Below are positions 54,263 to 64,000 of a stretch of 64,000 bases of DNA, piece by piece; the stretch's first letter is position 1; the number at the start of each line of letters is the position of its first letter. The notes beneath the pieces were generated by a model. It made no database searches and had not been told where the DNA came from. It was given only the letters and a program-made list of their open reading frames with translations. Source of the DNA: Octopus sinensis. Its lineage: Eukaryota. Location of the stretch: the NCBI RefSeq assembly GCF_006345805.1, contig NC_043004.1, positions 63,612,001 through 63,676,000 of the forward strand, written 5' to 3'. The translations under genes and the position numbers were made by a program.

Positions 54263-55218
54263 ATATATATATATAAATATATATTTATATTTAAAGTTTT
54301 AAACAACCGAACAAAAGTTGTTTTGCTTCCACTGAAATACTCGTATCTTACATGCTATACTATAAGTCAGCCCATCTCTGAACCTTTGCTTAACCCTACT
54401 ACGGGATACGCACTATAATTAACAAAGAAGCTATTGTATTTTTAATTATCGATATCTCCTTTATAGTTCATTGAGTAATAAATGTAAATGGGAACCGTCT
54501 CTGCAATAACAAATTGTTAACAAACATATGCTACAGCACGTGCAGACGTGCTAATTGTTAATTTTATTCCTGTGCTTTAATAAAACCCATTAATAATAAG
54601 GAACAAACAGAAATTAGTTGAAATATTGGGACTTATATAATGAAGTCTGTTGTCTGAGGCTTCGCTTGAACTTGAGCGTGCATTATGCAATGTATAGTCT
54701 TTAACTAAATGGATTTACTGATTTATAAAACCGTCTTCAGTATTGTATCCAGTCAAATATTTTGACTACTTCCGTCCTTTGCATGTGTAGCACGTAGCCG
54801 AGCACATTCCACTTCCTCAGTGTGATTGGATCTCAACAGGGCCTTCTCCATGCCTTCATATGATATGCAAATCCTCAAGTGATTATTAGTTTCCTTCATA
54901 TGTCTTAAAATAAGACGGGCAATATTTTCACCACCTGTCCGACTTAAACTTTTCTAAATATATACTGATTTAATTAAACGCTTCTTCTTTTGTTAGGAAT
55001 ACATTTAAACAGATGGCATAATATGCACTAGCATTCTATTTGAAGTGTACTAATATATTATAATTGATTAATTAAACATCAATAGCAAAGATGTTTCTTA
55101 CAAAAACAGGAAGAGACAACGGACAAATATTAAATAACTAAAATTGTTTGCTTTTCCTTAATGCGTTTCCATTTAAGATGCAATAACAAATGTGTCTGAT
55201 GCATTGCATTACGATGTT

Positions 55219-55352
55219 AAATCCAGAAAGGCTTCAGTGATATTTAAATACAGAAAGGCTTTAGTGATATTGAAATCCAGAAAGGCTTCAGTGATATTTA
55301 AATCCATATAAGCTTAGTGATATTTAAATCCAGAAAGGCTTCAGTGATATTT
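55219..55352. repeat. 27-bp minisatellite, 5 copies (aaatccagaaaggcttcagtgatattt)
   Basis: Direct reading. Confidence 0.92.
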
Positions 55353-55748
55353 AACAGTCATCATTTGGCGGCGACACATGACCATAGCTTTCTGTATATC
55401 TAAACAAGATTTGTAATGTATCAGAATCTCTGTTTTAGGAATCCTCGCAATGGCATTATAAACTAAAATGTTTGACTTCGGTAAATACGTAGTGACTTCC
55501 GTGGTATGATAATTTTTAAAGCAGCTTCAGTGATCTTATAGATAATGATGTGCGCCCAGAGTAATTGATTAGCTAAATGTTATCCTTAGTTAAATTGTAA
55601 CCTTAGTTGTGGCAACGAACTTTTCTTCCGAAAATTCGAAATCAGTACAGAATACTGTCGAAATTGATTAAATATTGCCTGAGATCGGCACTGTTTTGAT
55701 TACTTGATGAATTATTTTATCTATGTTTGAAATTATTACTTTTTTCAG

Positions 55749-55870
55749 TTGAAAGCTCCTATTTTAACAAGAAATGGTTGTCTGATAAATCTTACGAAAA
55801 CTATGATGATCTGAAAGAAGCTGTCGTTAAAATATATTCCGGCTATAGAATTGAAAGTATGAATTTCACT
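55749..55870 (+). CDS. M13 peptidase copy 2, exon (F)ESSYFNKKWLSDKSYENYDDLKEAVVKIYSGYRIESMNFT, phase 1-0
   Basis: tttttcag/gtaagt sites, 122 nt open; W-x3-S-x3-(F/Y) and Y-x2-Y pattern of M13. Confidence 0.92.
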
Positions 55871-57535
55871 GTAAGTACGCCAATTATATGTTGTATTTTT
55901 ATCAATATCAAACAAGCTTTTGGTCAGTAAATATTTACGCTTACTAATCCGGCCTTGTCTTCTTTGTCATCATCTTCTGCTCTATCTTCCTTCATGTTAC
56001 GAAAACAGTGTTAGCAGCAACACGAGAGTTCGAATCAAATACATTCGTTCAGATCATGAGCGACACAACTATGACTTCCATCCGTTATATGTTTTGACAA
56101 TATATTGTAAGTGAATATGAAGTCCTTTTAAATGGAATATGCGTCTTCCCAGTCTTCCCAGTTGAGTCTATTTAGGAGTATTACGATCGGTAATTTGTTT
56201 TCTTTGTCAGCATCAGAGTATGTTCAGAAAACTTTATAAAAATGCTCACATATTCTCGTTAAATATATAAGAAAGGAATATTTCTTTCCGACTTTTCTTT
56301 CCTTTGCTTATGATGAAAACACTCCCCTAATTCAAATCCAGCATTTGCAAATATATGATATACAATGTGTAAAAGTATTTTATACACATGAAACATCCAC
56401 ATGGCACATTTGTATTTGCGGATGGACAAACAGCAAAGGTATTTGTAGAAATGTAGTATTTTAAAGGTATCTGTACAAGCCATATTCATAGGTGAGAAAT
56501 CTCATACACGTGTATGACAAGGTGGGAAATACTCCGATATACTTTGATTATCAAATGTCAATATTAACCAATACTTTGACAATATACTGAGTCTAGGATG
56601 CATAAGATAGAACAGTGATAGTGTTTAACAGACCGTTATGATGGTTCATGCGTAACAAAGATGTATACTCTTCACAGTTTTGCATTCCATAATTCAATAA
56701 CAGCGACTGCTATAACAACAATGGAATTCAACAAGAAATCCATCATTAACTGTATAAAGACAAAAACATTAGGAACAATGTTAACTACATTCCTGTAGAA
56801 AATATGAGTGATTGAAAATTAATACAACGGTATATCCATATACACGAAGATGTATAACGAAGATTTGTATACGCATCAGTTGTTTCTTTTAGTAAATGTG
56901 TCGTGATGGCTTCGTACAGTATCTGGTATGCAACACAGAGCTTAAATGCTTTCCAGCGAATGTAGAAAATATTTTTCTGAAATATTTTAAGTACCTTATC
57001 TTGTCCTAGTCTATGTGAATATAATCACCATGTTTGCTGAATTAATTGTAAAGATTGACTCGCTCAAATGGTTTTTCCAAGAGGTTTCACGTTCGTTTCT
57101 CACAGACAATAGTATAATGTGAAATGTTTGAAATGTGTCGCACAATATCATTTTTATAAAGCACCTCACAAATGTTTAAAGTATAAAATATATGTGTGGC
57201 AACAGAGTACTGGACACCTGAAATATGTTATTTTGTTACTGTTTGAGGAACTAATACACATGGTATTTGCACTTCCTCCAATATCAGCGAGCTTGATATA
57301 CATAATGTTCCTTTGAAGCTGATGCAAGGAAGAAGTATGGAAAATAGAAGCATGGTAAGGTAGAAGATTTGGGAGCAAGTTTTCAGGGAAGAGGAATTGA
57401 ATACAGCTATTAATGTGGGATTGTCCGTAAGAACCGCGGTGAGAATGGGAGAGGCGGGTATGTCGGGAGTGTCTCGTAAATAAGTAAAGAATAGCATTCC
57501 TGTAATCATCATAAATATTCCTTTAAAATATTCAG

Positions 57536-57601
57536 GTTAATGGAGAAAGAACAGCTGAAGAAAATATTGCTGATATTGGTGCTTTAAAGATAGCGTATGA
57601 G
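57536..57601 (+). CDS. M13 peptidase copy 2, exon VNGERTAEENIADIGALKIAYE, phase 0-0
   Basis: tattcag/gtatgt sites; ENIAD third zinc-ligand motif. Confidence 0.97.
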
Positions 57602-59639
57602 GTATGTATCTTGTTGAAGTATAATTGGAGGATTTATTTCGTATTCATTTTATATCTTAACCTAGCGCACGCACGCGCATTCATACAAACAGATATGTGG
57701 ATGAGGATATGCATACGTTACTTCAGTGCATGTTTCTATGCGCTAACTAGTGATTATTTCCCTTATATATTTCTGAATGTGTATACGAAGTAATGACTAA
57801 ACGTTGACGCTCTTTGAAATAGCGTGTTGAGGTTGATGCAATTATAGATTACGTTAGACCTATCAAGGTGCCATAAATGTTAAAGAGGGGCAAAGGAGTA
57901 TACCATCATAGCGGTTAGCTGTCCTTTTAGATATAAATGTTTTTTTGAAAATCAAAGAAAAAGAGGATGTATATGGACACCTGATTTGAAACCTCCAGCT
58001 TCTATTTCAAGTCTATAAATTCTTATTCCTACTAATAATAAGTAGAGCACCAAGTTTTGTCAATAAATGCTTACAGGAGAATCTTGGTAAACTGGAATTT
58101 TCAAAAAGAGAAATTGACTGGCTGATTCGTACATTCCAGGTCCAACCGGTGAATCGATCGGTAAAAATATGCAAGAGTTTTCTGAAGTTCCAAATGTGAA
58201 TTTATCTGTTAACTACATCCCAAAGATGGTGCCTTGTATCTATGTTGGAAACCGGCTCCCTCCTCAGTGGAAGATTTATAATAATTAAAAAAATAGATGA
58301 GATATACATGCATACATACATAAATACACACATGTAAAACTGTGTTTTACATATGCGTGTCTCGCGTAATGTGTTTTCTAGTATTAAGGGAGTTGATTTA
58401 TGGAATTTATATCATGCTCTCTTCTCACAGTTACTCATTCTTTCAACATCGAAAATGTTTTGTTGGGTTTGTGGGTCTTTTGTTCGGTTTTCTCAATTTC
58501 AATTGCAAATTAATCCGTTTGAAAAAAATCTCTAAACTAGTATAAGGATGTTATATAATTTGAAGCTTAAATTTCATATGCAAACATCTAAAACAGATTT
58601 TCTCTTATTTATAACTGTGTTGTGCAGATTTTGTGATTTAGGTGTTTCTTTTACTCATAAAATAGAATATAAGTCGTAACCACCGTATGGCTTGAAATAT
58701 TCTTTCTTTTTGATGATGATATATATTTCTTCTATACACTGGTGTTTTCGACATGTATTTTTCTTTATAAAATGAGTTTCAAATGTAAACCGCAGAGTAA
58801 CTGTGTAATGTTTAATTTATTTTCATGGAGTTTGAATATATATGATTTTAAAATGTCCAACTCTTCAACGTTGTTTTGTTTTACAATCTATAATTTTAAT
58901 AGTCTATACTATACAGTTTCCTAAATACATATCTATAAATATGGCATTTTGCTCAGGTACATTTGCCTTCTTTTGTATGAAATTTTTCCTATCATAAACA
59001 GAATGCATCTTTAACATGTGTGATATCCAGAAACCATATTGCAGTGTCAGAAAAATTTAGAATAGTTAATCTTATGCGCTTGCATGCCGGATTAATCTAA
59101 ATCCATCTGTATTTATAAAAGACGAACATGCATATCTTAAAGATATATAAAGTTCAAAGTCTAACATTTCGCTTCAGTCTTCTTGTAATTATGCACCAAT
59201 CCGTATAGCATAAAATGTTGCTTGATTTATTATCTCTTGCTTAATAGTAGTTCTGATCACCTCATGCTGTTTCGCATAGCTTAATTGTAATTCCTTAAAT
59301 TAGTGTTACTATCAGCATCTTCATGATACTTATGTTGCTTAGGGACTAGTAAAGCCTTCTACAACTGTAAGGTACTATCGAATGCTGAATTATATTCTGT
59401 TAATTTTTGAGGCACTTTTGGTATTAAAATTATACCAAATAATTTTTGAAGGAAAAGATGGTTACAATATCTTCACTATATGGCATTTACTTATGTGATT
59501 ATATGCATATTGAATTATAAAATTCCACGTGGAAACATGAATAACCGAAGACAAATGGATATATATTTAGATTAATTAAATTCAGTTGTTTAAATAGCTC
59601 TTATCATTGAATAAAAGATATAATTCCAATTTATACCAG

Positions 59640-59738
59640 GCTTATTTGCTATGGAAATCAGACCATCCTGATGCTAAGAAGACACTACCTATACTAAAAA
59701 TGACAGATTTACAGCTATTTTTCATGTCGTTTGCTCAG
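59640..59738 (+). CDS. M13 peptidase copy 2, exon AYLLWKSDHPDAKKTLPILKMTDLQLFFMSFAQ, phase 0-0
   Basis: tataccag/gtaagt sites; LPxL...QLFFxxFAQ motif. Confidence 0.97.
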
Positions 59739-60393
59739 GTAAGTCAATAATTGATTTAATGCTTTCAGACACTACCTATAAGTATAATAATCTCGCTGCA
59801 AAATTTTTTATAAGAGCAAGGTAAATGTTGGTGTAGCATCAACTAGTATATTATGATATATAGTAAACAACAATTGATATTCTTCTCTAGAAAAGAATCC
59901 ATACCGTTCTCGGCAATTGAAAACATGATTTAGTCTTCAAGAATGTTATGTCTTTTCAAAAATCTGAGACATTCGTAGAACGAATTAAACAGCCAATCAG
60001 GTTTTAGATTTGAAAATATAATTCGGAAACCTAAAACACTTTTGAGGTACTTATTTACATATTTGAAAACAAAATATAAACGATGAAAGATGTTTTAGAG
60101 ATGTTGACATGACATTTAGGTTTAGATTGTGAACATTCAAAACAGCAAATAAGAAATTCCAATTGACAGGCAAAGTACGTAACCTGAGCTGTCTAGATAA
60201 TCCAAACGAAAGAGAGAAATACAAATAAATATTCATCGCTCCTGGAATTTACGTAGTCGTTGAGGATCCTGTGATTTTTTGAGATCTATAGTTTTTCAAG
60301 TCAACATATTGAGCATAGTTTGACCCGTTAATTTAGAGTTTTATTTTGGGAAGGATTGTCCATTTAATGCCACAATTGGTTCTTTATATATAT

Positions 60394-60475
<82 letters not shown>

Positions 60476-61432
60476 CATATACATATATGTATATATGTAT
60501 ATATATATATATGTGTGTATATATATAAATATATACATCTACTACATATGTGGGAACTGCTCTCTGCGGATGTGTTTGTGGAGTTGATAGTTGTTTGCAA
60601 ACTTCTCCTACGCCGTTTCATCGATTTGGATGAAAGTTGACTCGTCAGTAGAACTCAAGACAGGAAATCTCATGGCATACTCAGATTGTTGAAAATATCG
60701 GTAATACGGTCCCGGGAAAGGATCCTTATATTTATATATAATAATTCAAGTCAATAGCAAAAGGATATAACCCTATCACCCCGCTTTTAACAGACACGGG
60801 AGAAAAAGCCATGTATTTTCCTATATCATTTGGGATAAATCAAATTGAGTAAGCTTATTAGTTTTGGGACTGTTAGCGATAGTTTCGCAATTTATCCCCT
60901 ATAAACAAGTAAACAGTACTTTCCTAAACAATAGATCCACTTCTTTCGGTTAGTGACTTATTCACGAATATAACAATACTAGCGCTGCTGAGGGTAATAT
61001 TCTCTGGGAACACACAAAAGACCTTTTCAGGGTTATTTACTTTGAATTGTTATTATGTCATATCTGATTAGCGTATTATGACGTAACATGCTTCACGATT
61101 TCAGTATAATATTATTGATATTTCCTCCTCTCCTCTATATACTCTGGGAACGTATTAAAGCCTTTTCGGAGCTACTTTATTTGAAATCTTACTACCGGGT
61201 AACTAATTTCATGTTATTACATAACTGACTTCACAATTTGGGTATTCATAACTTATTGGGAATTCCTAAATACAAGATCCTGTGTAAGAGAGTTCGGTAT
61301 TCTCTATAAATGCACAAAAATGTTTTAAGGTCTACATGTCTACATACTAAGTCAGATAGGATGTATATATACATACACACACACACTCACATATATTATA
61401 TATACCTATATATATATATATATATATGTGTC

Positions 61433-61478
<46 letters not shown>

Positions 61479-61677
61479 GAGTATGCGTGTATGAGAGTTA
61501 TATTATTTGGGATTAATCATAAAGTTCAATATTTTCTTAATTGCATCATCGAAATGCAATGATAGTGTTTTCCGAACTAAGGTGTTAAACTCTAGTGTGT
61601 AGCTTAGATAAAGTATTTCTCTGTATCTCACTTGGTCATATATTTTTGGGTTGTCACAATTTATTTAATTCCTGCAG

Positions 61678-61751
61678 TCTTGGTGTTCTAATGTAAGCCC
61701 TAAGGAAAAATATTTGTTCGAGAATGCTGTACACTCTCCGATGGAGGCAAG
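61678..61751 (+). CDS. M13 peptidase copy 2, exon SWCSNVSPKEKYLFENAVHSPMEA(R), phase 0-2; terminal exon not in window
   Basis: cctgcag/gtaaat sites; WC and HSP-x3-R motifs. Confidence 0.95.
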
Positions 61752-61779
61752 GTAAATGATTTGTATTTAAAATATTTTA

Positions 61780-63620
61780 ATATTGCATATATCGCCTCAT
61801 CCTTAAAGGTTTCCGCCTCCATTTCCACTCCACTCTCATCTCAGCTCCAAACATCCTATCCATATTCCGTACTACTTTCCCCCGCCTTTGCGAGCCATAA
61901 TTCGTTCGAATCCCTCCAAAATAAACACCATCGACAGCATTCTCCCTCTTGCTTTTTCCATCTTCTTCTCCTCTCAGTCGCTCCCCATGTAAATTCCCCT
62001 TTACGTTACATAATCCATTTAAATCATATATTTTATGAATTTCTCACTCACACCAAACAAGGTAAACTCCACGTACTCCTCCGTTCCACCACACCCGATG
62101 CCACCAACCCAAATCCTCCCCTACCCCCACTCCCTGTTACGCTTCCCTCCCACACTAGCCAAAGCTCCTGTCACTCTAATCTCCACACACATACCTCTGA
62201 TCCTCTTCCTCACAGCCTTCCACTAATCCACCTCTCCCACTTCAATCACACCCATCTCTACTCCAGTTCCGTCGCTTGTTACCATTCCTCCAGATCTTCC
62301 CCACTCTGTGGGGCAGCTTTCCATCTTCAGTAGGGGCCCGCGCTTCATACCAATCACTCCAGCCAGCAACGAATTTCGGACCCGTGGCGATATCCGCAGC
62401 TTTGTGTGCCTTGTTAGGTTGTGGGCACTATTCCGCGACATTCCACCTGAATCTAATGCGGAGGACTGCTTCACTGTCCTGGGCCGCCGACCTTCTACTG
62501 CCCTCTGCGCTCCAACCCCAAGTCCAGCTACCAACAGTGTCCTCCACTATCCATGATTTCATCTCCTCCTCCTGTCTCCCCCGCCTTCCCCCGCTTCCAA
62601 TCTCATTGTCCACACACCTCCCACCCTCACAATTTACTTACTCCCCTAAATCCACAAACCTAACAAACCTGGCCGCCTCTTCATGCCTGGCTGCAGTTGC
62701 TCTACCGAATTCATCTCCAGATACCTTGACTGCGTCCTTGGCTCCTAGTTGCTTCCTTCCCCTCTCACATTCTTGACACCAACCATGCTCTTCGTCTGTC
62801 CAACTTTTTCTCCTTCACTCTAGCCCCTCTAATCATTTCTTCACTATTGACATCAAGAGCCTATGTACGGTTGTCCCTCACCACCAGGTGCTTCGTGCAC
62901 TCCAACACTACCTTGACCTTCAACACAACCCCCTACCTGACACATCCACATTTCTTCGTCTGGCCGAACTTCTCTCCCTTATCTTATTTTCGTTCGCTGG
63001 TGATTCTTAGCAGCATTACTTGGGAGTGGCCATGGGGTCGAGAATGGGCTCCAACTATGCGAACCTGTTCGATAGCTACGTGGAGGCCCAATTATTCTCA
63101 AGTTTTACTGGTCCAAGTCCCGAAATATACGGTCGTTATATTGACGACTGTATTGATGCGACGTCACTCTCCCGCCAACAACTAGACTCCTTCCTCTATT
63201 TTGTCAAATCTTTCCATCCTACCCTCCACTTCTCCTGCTTCCGCCCACGTTGCCACATCTGGCCTTACCTCTCCAGCACCACCATCCTCAAAGGCACCCA
63301 TCATCAACAATATCATATCACTGACTCCTTCTCCTGCACTTCTAGATACGTTATCTACTGCATCTCCTGCTCTCTCTCAGAACGTCGGATAAACGGGACG
63401 CCGCTTAGCTCACGTATTCGCGGAACGCCTCCGAGACTTCAAACTCGGCAACAACACTCGAGTGTCGTGCCATGTTCGCTCTACCGGACATTCTTTACAA
63501 CACTTGTCCATGGTTAGATTGTCCTCGCACAGGGGCCATCCGCACTCCGTCTTCGCCGTGAAAAGGAATTAATCTTCTCTCTTCACTCCTTTCCTCCAAA
63601 TCTCCTCCCCTCTTCATCTA
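61780..63620 (+). mobile_element. Decayed Penelope-like element with an internal deletion, starting about 30 bp after the 61751 donor
   Basis: FSRGPRFIP; FTIDIKSL; GVAMGSRMGSNYANLF; YGRYIDDC; jumps to FSCTSRYVIYCISCS and VG*TGRRL (GIY-YIG). Confidence 0.85.
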
Positions 63621-64000
63621 AACTCACTCCTCTCCTCTCTCCTGCCTTCCTACTTCCTCCCTTCACTCCCAACCACCTCTCCTCTCCTCTCTTGCTCTGT
63701 CACCTACTTCCTCTCTTCACTCCTACCCACGTTCTACCTTTCACCCTCTCCTTTCATTGTCACGCCTCCATCGTTATCCCACCCTACATATTCCAACCCC
63801 ACCATCCCTATACATCGCATCCCATCCCCACCCCATCCCACATATTCCACTTCTACATACCGCACCCTACCTCTACCATCAACCCCCACGATTGCTTCCC
63901 CACCTTCGCCTCCCCCACTCCCCAACACCACCACTACACACGCCACTACACCACATCCTGTTACACCACATACTACCACACTAGCAACATACCACACCAC
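63620..64000. repeat. C/T- and C/A-rich low-complexity tract
   Basis: Degenerate CTCCT/CACCAC repeats. Confidence 0.8.

Noticed and set aside
59766-59780. agacactacctata duplicated from exon 59640-59738 just downstream
   Set aside because: Only about 14 bp with no usable donor; probably a small local duplication.
61761-63517. Several long overlapping ORFs (190, 166, 165 aa)
   Set aside because: They are frames of a decayed C-rich Penelope element, not a host gene or the M13 terminal exon.

Overview
AT-rich, repeat-dense eukaryotic genomic DNA. It is very probably an octopus/cephalopod scaffold, an inference from the tRNA-headed SINE families and (TA)n/(CA)n load. The long ORFs in the ORF track are mostly microsatellite artefacts; the real genes are split into short exons. 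I read two tandem, same-strand (+) paralogues of an M13 (neprilysin/ECE-like) zinc metallopeptidase, separated by a 100-N gap at 23444-23543. Copy 1 (exons 788-22291) is partial and two of its exons carry lesions. Copy 2 (12 exons, 24765-61751) retains HEILH, ENIAD and H-x5-R but has a 1-nt frameshift in one exon and an unusual substrate pocket. The introns hold Tc1 and mariner relics, several Penelope-like elements, R4/Dong-like, RTE and Tx1 LINE fragments, a non-autonomous Helitron, SINEs, MITEs and foldback elements. I also find hammerhead ribozyme motifs: one essentially intact in the sense strand of an intron, an antisense pair about 350 nt apart, and a decayed one whose predicted cleavage site marks the 5' boundary of a Penelope element. 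All alignments and folds were done by eye.
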